A stretch of DNA of 42,773 nt, from the UHGV virus genome UHGV-0008253. One strand, written 5' to 3'. Origin of the DNA: a virus. Of this stretch, positions 1 to 8,812 are shown in pieces. Every line of letters starts with the position of its first letter. Positions within the stretch are counted from its first letter, which is position 1. Made by a program: the position numbers and the translations under genes. Under the pieces are notes generated by a model. It saw only the letters and a program-made list of their open reading frames with translations, did no database searches and was not told the origin of the DNA.

Positions 1-46
1 TTAACAGCTAACTCATAACAACTCATTCCTATTCAGATACTAATTT

Positions 47-73
47 AACCCTCTGTTTTTACAGAGGGTTTTT
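47..73. repeat. putative attL core: aaCCCTCTGTttttACAGAGGGttttt
   Basis: 27-bp hairpin element repeated at 40962-40989 with identical 8-bp stems and flanks, differing only in 2 nt of the loop. Confidence 0.4.
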
Positions 74-135
74 GTTTTTATGTATTCATTTCTATTCACT
101 CTACACCATATTTTTCGTCGGTACAGGTGACGGTA

Positions 136-150
136 TTACCTTAAAGGTAT
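136..150. promoter_or_regulatory. operator-like palindrome TTACCttaaaGGTAt (1 mismatch) upstream of int
   Basis: matches the TTACC-N5-GGTAA motif found at 12 other intergenic sites; flanked by inverted repeat gacggtat/ataccgtc. Confidence 0.4.
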
Positions 151-192
151 ACTCTCATACCGTCATGAAAATGGTTTCTATACGGGTGAATT

Positions 193-1449
193 GTGCTTAC
201 CGATACAAAATTAAAAAACCTCAAGCCGCAGGACAAACTGTACAAGGTCTCCGATCGTGACGGGCTGTATGTAGCTGTGCTTACGTCAGGCACGGTCTCG
301 TTTCGCTATGACTACCGTATCAACGGTCGCCGCGAAACACTGGTAATCGGGCAGTATGGGCGTGACGGTATCAGCCTGGCAGAAGCGCGAGAAGAACTGA
401 TTGCTGCAAAGAAGCTGCTTAAAGCAGGCCAGTCACCGGCTGCGGCTAAACGTGACGGTATCAAAAAGATTCGTGGTGCCGAGACGTTTGCGGTACATAC
501 CGACAGTTATATGAAACACGTCATCCTGGCTGACAGTACCCGCGCAATGAAACAGGCGGTGATCGACCGTGACATACTTCCGGTTCTTGGCAATAAAATG
601 ATGGCTGAAATTACCACATCGATGGTTCGTGATTTGTGTGACCGGATTGTCGAACGCGGTGGCCGGGCAACAGCAGTGCAGGCCAGGGAGATCATCAGTA
701 GCGTATACCGTCACGCCAATGACCGTGGTCATGGTTTGTTTAATCCTGCGGCTGACATTAAACCTTCGTCTATCGCCATATTTAAACCACGAGAGCGAAC
801 ACTGACACCAGAAGAAATTGGCCTATTCTTCCGCACGCTGGATGCCATTGGTGCTATGGGCACTATGAAAATGGCTTTAAAACTGGTGCTTATCACTATG
901 GTTCGTAAGGGCGAATTCACCAATGCAACGTGGGATGAAATAGATTTTAAAAAATGGACATGGACAATTCCTCCAGACCGCATGAAGGGAAGCCGGGCGC
1001 ACGTTATTTACCTGCCTAAACAGGCACAGGATATATTGGTCGGGTTGCAGATGTGCGCTGGTGGAAGTGAATATCTGGTTCCTGGTCGTTACAATTTCCG
1101 GAAGCCATTATCTAATGCCGCGCTGAACTCTCTGATCGACAGAACGGTGAAAATAATAAATGAAGATGGTGAGCATATTCAGGACTTCACTGTACATGAT
1201 ATGCGCCGTACAGCCAGTACGTTGTTGCATGAGGCTGGTTATCCTTCAGACTGGATTGAAAAGGCTCTGGCACATGAGCAGAAAGGTGTGCGCGCCGTAT
1301 ATAACAAAGCGGAATACGCCAGACAGCGCGCCTACATGTTGCAGCAGTGGGCCGATATGATTGATTCATGGATTGACGGGGAGCATACGGATCTGATTCC
1401 GTTCTCCCCGTCGACGTTTGAGAAGTGGATGGAAGACAGTAATAAATAA
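193..1449 (+). CDS. int: tyrosine integrase (P4-like, N-terminal DUF4102-type arm-binding domain), GTG start
   Basis: N-terminus MLTDTKLKNLKP...LYVAVLTSGTVSFRYDYRINGRRE typical of P4-family integrases; C-terminal HDMRRTAST and RAVYNKAEY catalytic-region motifs. Confidence 0.9.
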   Translation: MLTDTKLKNLKPQDKLYKVSDRDGLYVAVLTSGTVSFRYDYRINGRRETLVIGQYGRDGISLAEAREELIAAKKLLKAGQSPAAAKRDGIKKIRGAETFAVHTDSYMKHVILADSTRAMKQAVIDRDILPVLGNKMMAEITTSMVRDLCDRIVERGGRATAVQAREIISSVYRHANDRGHGLFNPAADIKPSSIAIFKPRERTLTPEEIGLFFRTLDAIGAMGTMKMALKLVLITMVRKGEFTNATWDEIDFKKWTWTIPPDRMKGSRAHVIYLPKQAQDILVGLQMCAGGSEYLVPGRYNFRKPLSNAALNSLIDRTVKIINEDGEHIQDFTVHDMRRTASTLLHEAGYPSDWIEKALAHEQKGVRAVYNKAEYARQRAYMLQQWADMIDSWIDGEHTDLIPFSPSTFEKWMEDSNK

Positions 1450-1451
1450 TT

Positions 1452-2111
1452 CTATCCTTCCTGGACTTTGGTAAGCGTCAGATTTCCGCAGAACACTGCG
1501 CCGGTGTCGATGTACATCTGGTTTGCATACACTAGTGGGTGATGTGCTGGCGTATGACCGAAGATGAACAAATCGGCACCGGTTATCTCCGAGACAATAC
1601 CGTCCTGCGCGTCGCTAACCCGCTCACGATTCCATATCACCATTTCTTCCGGTACTGGCTTATCGAATGCGTATTCGTTGTGGGGGTAGTCTGCGTGGCA
1701 GATGACGACCTTCTTATTGCCGGTAACCAGTTCGATAATCATCGGGAGGTTGGTAACCTTTGGCAGAAGGTATTTGAGTTGCACATCCTGCTCAGAATCA
1801 AGTTGGCGCCACCATCCACCGCCGTTTGACATCCAATGTCCGAAACTTCCGCCGTTGACCAGTGCATCCAGCATCATCTGCTCATGGTTGCCACGAACAG
1901 CTCGGAACCACGGCATAGTAATCAAATCCAGGCATTCGACGTTTTCAGCGCCGCGGTCAACAAGGTCACCAACGGAAATAAGCAAATCGCGCGCCGGGTC
2001 GAATGAAACTTTGTCGAGTTCGTTCATCAGCAGCGTGTAGCACCCATGCAGATCGCCGACGACGAAGATATTGCACCAGTCAGCGCCATTGATGCGTTGA
2101 TATAGGTTCAT
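1452..2111 (-). CDS. Ser/Thr protein phosphatase, lambda PPase / PrpA-PrpB family (metallophosphoesterase)
   Basis: from internal Met [24 protein letters not shown]...[14 protein letters not shown]...RGNHE; near-collinear with lambda phosphatase from memory; start overlaps stop of upstream gene (ATGA). Confidence 0.85.
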   Translation of the reverse strand: MNLYQRINGADWCNIFVVGDLHGCYTLLMNELDKVSFDPARDLLISVGDLVDRGAENVECLDLITMPWFRAVRGNHEQMMLDALVNGGSFGHWMSNGGGWWRQLDSEQDVQLKYLLPKVTNLPMIIELVTGNKKVVICHADYPHNEYAFDKPVPEEMVIWNRERVSDAQDGIVSEITGADLFIFGHTPAHHPLVYANQMYIDTGAVFCGNLTLTKVQEG

Positions 2112-2758
2112 GCTGAACGCTCCCGCCCCTGGTTGTCTGTTGGTGACAGCGGAGCATTGCTGAATGCATTTGTTAATCTGGCAATATCCAACGCGTATCC
2201 AGGGTGTAGTTGCACTGCCGGGTCTTCGCACTGATTACCCCAAACATCGAAACCATGAGACGACTGGCGGGCGAACAGTTCAATGCGAGAAACATCGCCT
2301 AACAATTGCACAAGTTTTTCACGAACGACATCTGGCTTTCTTGAATGCTCAAGCCGCGGTGCGGTAAATGACTGAACGATCCCTGCATTAATGCGCGTAG
2401 GTAGTTTTCCCTTTACCGCAAACAGGCAATCTTCACTATTGGCGCGAGTCATGTGTCCCATACCCATAACCAGTTTATCTGGTTGTCGACTACCACATTT
2501 TATCCACGTGAAGCCCTTCATCGTCATCAGACGGAATCCCCAGGCTTCAACAACTTTTAGTGCTTCGAGTGGTTGTGTTGGCACCCACCACATGGCCAAC
2601 AGACAGTTTTCATCGGCCAAATCCCACACAGGAAGGCGGCAGATATCCAGCACACTCATAACCGGATATTTAAAACCGGCACCGCGATTACCATCTGCGG
2701 CTTTGTCCCGGTATACCCAGGGTGGATCTGCATAGATTAGTGTGTATTTCTTAGTCAT
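2108..2758 (-). CDS. MT-A70 family DNA N6-adenine methyltransferase (orphan)
   Basis: DPPW motif in [12 protein letters not shown] near N-terminus; likely ATG start at 2758 (MTKKY) with GGGGTGG SD, track start is upstream GTG at 2770. Confidence 0.8.
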   Translation of the reverse strand: MTKKYTLIYADPPWVYRDKAADGNRGAGFKYPVMSVLDICRLPVWDLADENCLLAMWWVPTQPLEALKVVEAWGFRLMTMKGFTWIKCGSRQPDKLVMGMGHMTRANSEDCLFAVKGKLPTRINAGIVQSFTAPRLEHSRKPDVVREKLVQLLGDVSRIELFARQSSHGFDVWGNQCEDPAVQLHPGYALDIARLTNAFSNAPLSPTDNQGRERSA

Positions 2759-3050
2759 AAACCACCCCACAACATCCTATGCCGCTATAGTCGCCACGGC
2801 GAAGGCCGTTACCTTTTGTGATACATTGGTCCCTGCGAACCGCGATCCTTGCACGCTCAACATCACCAGAAGCAACATCCATACACTGAAGCCAAAGGTG
2901 GGCGGCAATGCGGAACTGCCCTTTTTTCTCTCTTTCAATCGCGCGTTTTTCGATCTCTATCGCCGCAGGAGTAACGGCAACAACCTTTGAAGGGCTGCGC
3001 ATTGAAACCTTGTTCATGTGATATTTTTCAAGTCGGCTTAACTTTCTCAC
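2751..3050 (-). CDS. hypothetical protein
   Basis: ORF in operon context, tightly coupled to methyltransferase start; no recognisable motif. Confidence 0.4.
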   Translation of the reverse strand: MRKLSRLEKYHMNKVSMRSPSKVVAVTPAAIEIEKRAIEREKKGQFRIAAHLWLQCMDVASGDVERARIAVRRDQCITKGNGLRRGDYSGIGCCGVVYD

Positions 3051-3159
3051 TTAATCCAACCCTCTCTGAAAATTAATGCCAGCAGATAAAGCCATGCTGA
3101 AACAGAGGCCAGGAATAAGTACCATCCTGACCATTTGCTCCATTGCCTTAGCAGCACAC

Positions 3160-3408
3160 TCATGCCGCGTTGCTCACAGGACGATATACACGTTGCTGAA
3201 CAGGAGGTTTTTTACCCTGGAACTCTGCCGGGCTTGCTGCCTGACGTTCATCAAGCCAACGCTCAACTTCATCACGGTTCCATGCGCAGCGTTTGTCAGT
3301 GATATACCAGCGTTTAGGAAATTCCCCTGCGCGCTCCATACGGTCGATAGTGCTCCATGACAGTGGCACCACCGCCATGAGTTCCTTCTTACCTAATGCA
3401 CCTTTCAT
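3160..3408 (-). CDS. AlpA/Vis-like small HTH regulator (excisionase-type)
   Basis: MAVVPLSWSTIDRMERAGEFPKRWYITDKRCAWNRDEVERWL resembles AlpA-family proteins; two possible ATG starts (3408 or 3378). Confidence 0.65.
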   Translation of the reverse strand: MKGALGKKELMAVVPLSWSTIDRMERAGEFPKRWYITDKRCAWNRDEVERWLDERQAASPAEFQGKKPPVQQRVYRPVSNAA

Positions 3409-3457
3409 AAATACCTCTCTTGGTTGCAGTGCGGCGCGTGTGGCGCCGCGGTGGTGG

Positions 3458-4339
3458 TTACATAGATGTTTCGTTTAATTCTTCCCGACGAACGCTGTAA
3501 ACGTCGGTTGCTTTTGCCAGCAGTTCGTCATCATCTGAAAGTTTTTGTGCAATGTATTTGTAAGCCTTATCCAGTTCGGAGACAGTGCTGTAATTCATCG
3601 CTGCGCTGGTAAAGGCCATCAGCATTTCTTCTGGATCACGGCTATCCGCTTTACGCGTTTGCTCATCAGGCTTTTTCACTGGTTTAGCGTTGATCAGACT
3701 GTTCATTCCCGCAGCAGTAGTTGTTTGCGGAGTAATGTCTCGTTCAACGCGCGGTGCCGTTTCCTGTAATTCGTCAGGGGTGTAAACACCGAGAAGTACA
3801 TCAGGAGCGTGCAGGCGAGCCCATCGTTTCGTGCAAAGATAGGCAAGCTGCTGGCGAGGATCCTGTTCCCACAATGGAGAGTTACGCACTCCGGCTTGCG
3901 CCATACTGATGGTAAGCTCACGTGGTTCTGCTTCTCCTTTAAGAACTGCTGACACAGTTACCGTCAGATTCGGTGATTTATCTGTTTTGCCGTTAACATT
4001 CGACCAGTCACCGCTCCAGCGATAATTCAGGCGTGTCGCCAGCAGGCTTGACGAGGATACGACCGCGTTTACCAACTGTGCTTCGTAGCCTAACGTTCCG
4101 TTTACCACATGCGTTTTCTGCGCCACGGCGAAAGGGTTCATTCCCCACTGTGCCGCCTGCATGGTCACCGCCAGGCAATCGGCAGGTTTGCCTTCAAGAT
4201 GTTTCGGTACAGTCGCTTTGCTTTGTGACATCAACTCAGCGAAACGCACCAGTTGATTCATTCCCTCGGGGCTGAAGATTGCCGCAGCAGTGCCTACAGT
4301 TGCGCCTGGTTGTGATGTGATTGCGATATCATTGCTCAT
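3458..4339 (-). CDS. RecT/Red-beta family single-strand annealing protein
   Basis: WGMNPFAVAQKTHVVNGTLGYEAQ region resembles Bet/RecT core; adjacent to exonuclease as in recombination modules. Confidence 0.75.
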   Translation of the reverse strand: MSNDIAITSQPGATVGTAAAIFSPEGMNQLVRFAELMSQSKATVPKHLEGKPADCLAVTMQAAQWGMNPFAVAQKTHVVNGTLGYEAQLVNAVVSSSSLLATRLNYRWSGDWSNVNGKTDKSPNLTVTVSAVLKGEAEPRELTISMAQAGVRNSPLWEQDPRQQLAYLCTKRWARLHAPDVLLGVYTPDELQETAPRVERDITPQTTTAAGMNSLINAKPVKKPDEQTRKADSRDPEEMLMAFTSAAMNYSTVSELDKAYKYIAQKLSDDDELLAKATDVYSVRREELNETSM

Positions 4340-5157
4340 ACGTACATATCCTGTTTACGTGCCCAGTCAGGGCGTTTAATAATTTCCACTCCGCCCCACT
4401 CATCGTTGATGCGGCATTCGTGATAGGTATTCAGATCCCGGCGGAACAGAGCGTGCCCGGCATCGACATCCGGCGCATCCAGCTCGAACACGCGTACCGG
4501 ATACCGACCACAATCAATGCTTTCGCTCACGGCAAGAAAGAAAAAACCATGCGGCTGACCAGTAACCCTCATTGCGCCTTCGCGGTACATTGCGTCCTGC
4601 ACGTGGTAGCGGAATTCCTCGATGTGACGTGCAAAACGGTCCATATCTGCAACCTTTTTCACGTCGATGATCACGTTGTGCTCGTTCAGCCATTTGTCTG
4701 GACGAATTCGGCACAACTCACCCGTTTCTTCATCGTTCCAGTACATTGACGCTTCGCAGTAACCAGGTGCTTCCAACATCCAGCGTGCCGCCGGGTGAGC
4801 CATTGCGCTATCACGCATCAGCTCCAGTTTCCGCCACTGCTCGGCATCAAGTACCGTAATCCCCATATCCGCCACATCACGAAGAAATGCCTCTTCGTCA
4901 GCTTTACCTTGTTTCGTCCGACGATCGAATTTCGGTGAAACAATGAAGCGTTTGTCGAACCCTCCAGGCTCCAGAAGCAGACAGTGCAATGCGGTTCCCA
5001 TATCCAGTGCAGACTTTTTCTCTTCGTCTTCTGGTGCTGCCTGAACCCATTTAAGAAGCGCCGGATTCTTGGCAACCATGTCCAGTTGCGACTTACTCAC
5101 GCCGTCACCGGCGTGGTAGTCTTCGTTGCTGATATCGAAATAAATTCCCGGATTCAT
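4336..5157 (-). CDS. PD-(D/E)XK exonuclease (RecE/YqaJ-like partner of RecT)
   Basis: CRIRPDKWLNEHNVIIDVKKVAD contains D...(D/E)XK-type motif; operon partner of RecT with 4-nt overlap. Confidence 0.7.
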   Translation of the reverse strand: MNPGIYFDISNEDYHAGDGVSKSQLDMVAKNPALLKWVQAAPEDEEKKSALDMGTALHCLLLEPGGFDKRFIVSPKFDRRTKQGKADEEAFLRDVADMGITVLDAEQWRKLELMRDSAMAHPAARWMLEAPGYCEASMYWNDEETGELCRIRPDKWLNEHNVIIDVKKVADMDRFARHIEEFRYHVQDAMYREGAMRVTGQPHGFFFLAVSESIDCGRYPVRVFELDAPDVDAGHALFRRDLNTYHECRINDEWGGVEIIKRPDWARKQDMYV

Positions 5158-5453
5158 GCCGCGTCCCTCTGTCCATCAAGCTGATCCGCCAGATCCCAGC
5201 GGGCGATAATTGCCATTGCCTCGCGCCGGTAGGCATCCATCAGTTCTTCGAACTCAGGGCTGTCTTTAGCAGCCTCCAGCACTTCCTGACGAACGCCTTT
5301 GCCTGTTACAACGTCGAAAGTTGAGGACAGTTGATGAAGTCGGATGCTCTCAATCAGTTCAACTTGTCGGTCATATAGCTGTTCTGACAGGCGGTAGTCC
5401 TTGTCGAATGCCAGCATGATTTTTTGAAGATTTTTCTGCTGATTAACGTTCAT
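5154..5453 (-). CDS. hypothetical protein (position analogous to gam/abc genes of recombination modules)
   Basis: ORF with GGGAGGG SD before ATG at 5453 (MNVNQQ...); no motif recognised. Confidence 0.5.
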   Translation of the reverse strand: MNVNQQKNLQKIMLAFDKDYRLSEQLYDRQVELIESIRLHQLSSTFDVVTGKGVRQEVLEAAKDSPEFEELMDAYRREAMAIIARWDLADQLDGQRDAA

Positions 5454-5455
5454 TA

Positions 5456-5608
5456 TCAGCCCTCCCATATCTCGTTATCGTTGGCCACATCGCGAGCTTC
5501 TTTGCTGACGAAAGCCCACTTAATGCCTTCCTGTAAGGTGCGGAACTTCCAGCTCATGAATCCGCATGCAGTAACGCAGTACCAACCGTTGATGATTTTC
5601 CACTGCAT
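5456..5608 (-). CDS. possible 50-aa first gene of leftward early operon (MQWKIINGWYCVTACGF...)
   Basis: ATG at 5608 preceded by GAGG, lies immediately downstream of PL-like promoter/operator; below ORF-track length cutoff. Confidence 0.3.
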   Translation of the reverse strand: MQWKIINGWYCVTACGFMSWKFRTLQEGIKWAFVSKEARDVANDNEIWEG

Positions 5609-5627
5609 AACTTGTTACCTCGGTCTG

Positions 5628-5642
5628 TTACCGTTGAGGTAA
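5628..5642. promoter_or_regulatory. operator palindrome TTACCgttgaGGTAA at PL-like promoter
   Basis: perfect TTACC-N5-GGTAA; directly downstream of candidate -10 (5643-5648) and -35 TTGACA (5665-5670) on minus strand. Confidence 0.6.
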
Positions 5643-5689
5643 TAATTATGCGTATATGGTTTGATGTCAATAGATATGAGTTAAAAAAA

Positions 5690-5704
5690 TTACCCGTTAG
5701 GTAA
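5690..5704. promoter_or_regulatory. operator palindrome TTACCcgttaGGTAA
   Basis: perfect TTACC-N5-GGTAA 20 bp upstream of the PL-like -35. Confidence 0.6.
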
Positions 5705-5714
5705 TCGAATAGGC

Positions 5715-5739
5715 AATAAAAAAGCCGCCATAAGGCGGC
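5715..5739 (-). terminator. rho-independent terminator after repressor gene
   Basis: hairpin gccgcc-ataa-ggcggc followed by U-run on minus strand, 23 bp after repressor stop. Confidence 0.7.
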
Positions 5740-5761
5740 TTACTTACTGAAAAATATGGTT

Positions 5762-6346
5762 TTATTGTTTGTTTTTTTCGTTCTGGTTGATGACAAATTC
5801 AATGTAACTTTCGATCTTTGCTTTCTCGGTTTCGGGTAACAATGCGTAGCGCGAGCGATCATAGTTGATGGTCGCAGGGTCGTGCGGGTGAATCAGTAAT
5901 TCATAGCCGTGACGCCCGAATGCGGATGCAACATTCTCCAGGGTGGAAATGGAAACGCTGACCTCATTGTTTAACAGGCGGCTGATTGTCACCTGGGCGA
6001 CGCCGGATGCGCGGTGTAGTTTTCCCTGCGTTGAAAGGTCGCGGCTTTCGCTCATCCAGCGTTCCAGGTTGTGAGCCGCCAACTGACCAATGTCGCTAGG
6101 GCCGACAGGCTGAAAACCTTCCTGAGAAAGCGAGCGATCGATATCAAGCCAGTTACGGGGTTTATTGGCGGCAGCTTCAATTTTTCGCGCAACCTGGTCG
6201 CCGATAACCTTCTTGCCAAGAGCCCAGCGGTTTACCAGATTTGCCTGAGTTCCAAGTTTTTCAGCCATCCGCGTCTGAACACCATTGAATTCACGGTCGA
6301 TCAAGTCGTTGAGATTTTGCCTGCGGACGTCCTGGATACTTTTCAT
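5762..6346 (-). CDS. phage repressor, tandem HTH (XRE-type) DNA-binding protein without recognisable S24 autocleavage domain
   Basis: two HTH-like segments (QTRMAEKLGTQANLVNRWALG and ASGVAQVTISRLLNNE); divergent from cro-like gene with operators between. Confidence 0.7.
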   Translation of the reverse strand: MKSIQDVRRQNLNDLIDREFNGVQTRMAEKLGTQANLVNRWALGKKVIGDQVARKIEAAANKPRNWLDIDRSLSQEGFQPVGPSDIGQLAAHNLERWMSESRDLSTQGKLHRASGVAQVTISRLLNNEVSVSISTLENVASAFGRHGYELLIHPHDPATINYDRSRYALLPETEKAKIESYIEFVINQNEKNKQ

Positions 6347-6401
6347 TTTCTGGAAAATCGCCTCATATATGAATCAGTAGATGATTCAATTTAAAGCAAT
6401 A

Positions 6402-6416
6402 TTACCCAACAGGTAA
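6402..6416. promoter_or_regulatory. operator palindrome TTACCcaacaGGTAA in repressor/cro intergenic region
   Basis: perfect TTACC-N5-GGTAA. Confidence 0.65.
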
Positions 6417-6418
6417 AT

Positions 6419-6433
6419 GCACCCCACAGGTAA
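6419..6433. promoter_or_regulatory. degenerate operator GCACCccacaGGTAA
   Basis: right half-site perfect, left half 2 mismatches; lies between two stronger sites. Confidence 0.35.
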
Positions 6434-6449
6434 CTATCCTTGATTTTTG

Positions 6450-6464
6450 TTACCTTATGGGTGA
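6450..6464. promoter_or_regulatory. operator TTACCttatgGGTGA overlapping PR-like promoter
   Basis: 1 mismatch; overlaps -35 TTGTTA (6447-6452), 17-bp spacer, -10 TATTAT (6470-6475) reading toward cro-like gene. Confidence 0.6.
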
Positions 6465-6500
6465 ATATTTATTATCTGAAATAAATATCAGGCAATAGCT

Positions 6501-6731
6501 ATGAGCGATAACGGACATTTCGATTTCAAAAAGCACTGGCTTGCACTTACTCCGGATGAGCGTGAAGCCTTCGCACAGGAAGCCGGAACGACGAGTCACT
6601 ATATCCAGACTCACTTAACAGGTAAGCGCAAAATGCCAGGTAAGGTATTGATGAATGGGCTTTTTAAAGCCTGTAAAACAAGACAATGGCTGCGCTCAAA
6701 AGCAGAATTGGCATACTTCTTCTACTCATGA
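6501..6731 (+). CDS. Cro/CII-like small DNA-binding regulator (first rightward early gene)
   Basis: 76-aa protein divergent from repressor; TSHYIQTHLTGKRK region resembles small phage HTH regulators. Confidence 0.55.
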   Translation: MSDNGHFDFKKHWLALTPDEREAFAQEAGTTSHYIQTHLTGKRKMPGKVLMNGLFKACKTRQWLRSKAELAYFFYS

Positions 6732-6753
6732 TATCCAGCCACAACCCTCTGTA

Positions 6754-6779
6754 GACCGCCATCCGGCGGTCTTTTCATA
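6754..6779 (+). terminator. tR1-like rho-independent terminator after cro-like gene
   Basis: hairpin gaccgcc-atcc-ggcggtc followed by ttttcatat. Confidence 0.6.
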
Positions 6780-6786
6780 TCTATTC

Positions 6787-6801
6787 GTACCTCAAAGGTA
6801 A
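6787..6801. promoter_or_regulatory. operator-like GTACCtcaaaGGTAA
   Basis: 1 mismatch to TTACC-N5-GGTAA, just after the tR1-like terminator. Confidence 0.45.
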
Positions 6802-6881
6802 TAAAAAACCAAATCTGGTTGATCTTTTTTTTGTGTCAGCACAAAATGACCGTAATCCCAATACTAATAACAGGGCTTACC

Positions 6882-7082
6882 ATGGAAATCATTACACGTA
6901 TTGATGCCGCAAAGCGCGGACTTAAACGCTACTACACCGGAAAAACATGTAAGCACGGACATGACAGTGAACGCTGGGTTTACAACGGACACTGTGTTGA
7001 GTGCACCATGGAATCAAACCGTCGTATCAGGGCAGAGATTAAGCAGATCATGATTAATTCCTCCCCACAACATTCAAGCTGA
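6882..7082 (+). CDS. small Cys/His-containing protein (possible zinc-binding regulator)
   Basis: CKHGH...CVEC spacing suggests zinc ribbon; start at internal ATG (MEIITRID); function unknown. Confidence 0.4.
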   Translation: MEIITRIDAAKRGLKRYYTGKTCKHGHDSERWVYNGHCVECTMESNRRIRAEIKQIMINSSPQHSS

Positions 7083-7097
7083 TAGCGGAGATTAATC

Positions 7098-7913
7098 ATG
7101 AGCAGACATGCAACAGATTGGGCCTGGGAGACAGATCCAGGTAGCTCGTCATTAAAGCTCATACTGCTCTCGATGGCTGACAGAGCCGATGAATATAACC
7201 TCTGCTACCCCAGCATAGAACGCCTCGTTAAAGACACTTGCCTGAATAAAAAAACCGTGCAGGCCGGACTTATATCGCTCATGAAAATGGGGCTTATTTC
7301 AGATACCGGGGAGAGAAAGGGAGCGACAAAAAGAGTGCGGGTTTTCTCTCTTAATATAACCAAAAACGGGAACATTAAAGGCAACCGAGAGGGGGGCAAT
7401 GAACCCGAAAACGGTAATGTTACCGAAAACGGGAATATACCCAAAAACGGGATGTTGAATGATCCCAAAAACGGGATGTTGAATGATCCCAAAAACGGGA
7501 TCCAGAACCAGTCATATAACCAGTCATTTAACCAAGAGAGGGAGAGCAGGACAAAAAACGGGGATTCTGTGCATCATGACCCCGGCGCAAACAACGCCGT
7601 GATGAATAACTTTGTTCCTCCTGGTGGGCCAGGGCAATTAGGCAAATTTGTCATGCATGAACAATGGCAGCCATCAGATGACTTTCTTCGGAAAAGCTCA
7701 TTGCAGGGGATCTACCTGGACAGTCTGCCAACGGCACAGGAACTTGCAGAGTTCAGAATTTACTGGATGGCTGAGGGTAAGGCATACCATCAGGCACAGT
7801 GGGAGCAGAAGCTGGCAAGGCGGCTGCAGATTAGCAGACAGAAGCAATCAACATTACCTGATAACAACGTTCCGCACTGGAACAGCCCTGAAGCATGGGA
7901 GGATTTCTTGTGA
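7098..7913 (+). CDS. replication initiation protein, O-like (N-terminal HTH, internal repeats, DnaT-like C-terminus)
   Basis: position before P-like gene; internal PKNGMLND repeats encoded by iteron-like DNA repeats; stop overlaps next gene start (GTGA). Confidence 0.6.
   Translation: MSRHATDWAWETDPGSSSLKLILLSMADRADEYNLCYPSIERLVKDTCLNKKTVQAGLISLMKMGLISDTGERKGATKRVRVFSLNITKNGNIKGNREGGNEPENGNVTENGNIPKNGMLNDPKNGMLNDPKNGIQNQSYNQSFNQERESRTKNGDSVHHDPGANNAVMNNFVPPGGPGQLGKFVMHEQWQPSDDFLRKSSLQGIYLDSLPTAQELAEFRIYWMAEGKAYHQAQWEQKLARRLQISRQKQSTLPDNNVPHWNSPEAWEDFL
7360..7500. repeat. iteron-like repeats inside O-like gene: six copies of AAAACGG(G/T)A incl. two perfect 24-bp tandem units (7440-7463, 7464-7487); candidate origin
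   Basis: tandem repeats read directly; lambda ori iterons likewise lie within O. Confidence 0.5.
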
Positions 7914-8695
7914 ACAACGTTTTTACCGCGATACAAAACCGTGACGGAGAAGCCCTTTCTCGCATGTCAGGTTATGAGCATCAGTACAACAACAATGACA
8001 ACGTGGTGAACATGTCAGCAGAGAGGCTTGTTGATGCCCTTTTCAAACAGCTGAAACAACTGTTTCCGGCGGCAGTGGTAACCAACCTGAAGACGCCAGA
8101 GCAGGAAGTTGCTGCAAAACAGCAGTGGATTGCTGCGTTTGCCGAAGGGGGGATCCGAACCCGTGAACAGGTTTCTGCTGGTATGCGCCACGCCCGCGCC
8201 AGTGAGTCTCCGTTCTGGCCGTCGCCAGGGCAATTCATCAAGTGGTGTAAAGACAGCAAGATGGTTCTTGGCGTCACCATTGACGATGTGATGGCGGAGT
8301 TTCACCGGTACAGCAAGGAAAAAAGTTTATATCCTGGTGGTCCCGAAAGATTCCCGTGGCGACATCCGGTTATGTACTGGGTCGTATGTGATACCCGCCG
8401 TGCAATGTATCAGCGCCAGCTTAGCGAGATTGAGGTTGAGAAACACGCGCGCAGGCTGCTCGATGATTGGGCGAAAAAGGTGGCTTCCGGACAGCAGATA
8501 CCCGATCCGGTGATCAGCATACAGGCAAAGCCAGAACCCATGAGTACGCCTCCGGACACAGGGAGAGACGTTTACCATCCACCAGGGCGAAGTTTCGGGT
8601 GCATGCCTAACGCCGCCACCCTTGGGGGAATAACACCGGCGCAGTGGCTGATGGAGGAATACAGGCGGGGAAAGGCGTCAGGATTTATCAAGTAA
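7910..8695 (+). CDS. replication protein P-like (DnaB helicase loader)
   Basis: GMRHARASESPFWPSPGQFIKWCKD closely matches lambda P motif GMRVARRQNRPFLPSPGQFVAWCRE (recalled); likely GTG start at 7910 after GGGAGG SD. Confidence 0.8.
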   Translation: MNNVFTAIQNRDGEALSRMSGYEHQYNNNDNVVNMSAERLVDALFKQLKQLFPAAVVTNLKTPEQEVAAKQQWIAAFAEGGIRTREQVSAGMRHARASESPFWPSPGQFIKWCKDSKMVLGVTIDDVMAEFHRYSKEKSLYPGGPERFPWRHPVMYWVVCDTRRAMYQRQLSEIEVEKHARRLLDDWAKKVASGQQIPDPVISIQAKPEPMSTPPDTGRDVYHPPGRSFGCMPNAATLGGITPAQWLMEEYRRGKASGFIK

Positions 8696-8732
8696 TACCA
8701 GCGCGATAGCGCATTTTTTTACGTCTCGATAA

Positions 8733-8747
8733 TTACCTTAGAGGTAA
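8733..8747. promoter_or_regulatory. operator palindrome TTACCttagaGGTAA
   Basis: perfect TTACC-N5-GGTAA in P/next-gene intergenic region. Confidence 0.6.
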
Positions 8748-8794
8748 TAAAATATTCTAAAATCTATTGATTTCGTGTCTTATGTGGTTTTTAA

Positions 8795-8809
8795 TTACCT
8801 AAGGGGTAA
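8795..8809. promoter_or_regulatory. operator palindrome TTACCtaaggGGTAA overlapping RBS of 8813 gene
   Basis: perfect TTACC-N5-GGTAA ending 4 nt before the ATG. Confidence 0.6.
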
Positions 8810-8812
8810 ATC

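Noticed and set aside
72-260. 62-aa TTG-start ORF upstream of and overlapping int
   Set aside because: Overlaps the int promoter/operator region and int start; no SD.
6743-6752. Third copy of AACCCTCTGT (left arm of the att hairpin) just after cro-like gene
   Set aside because: Only the 10-mer matches with no ACAGAGGG partner; likely chance or part of the tR1-like terminator context.
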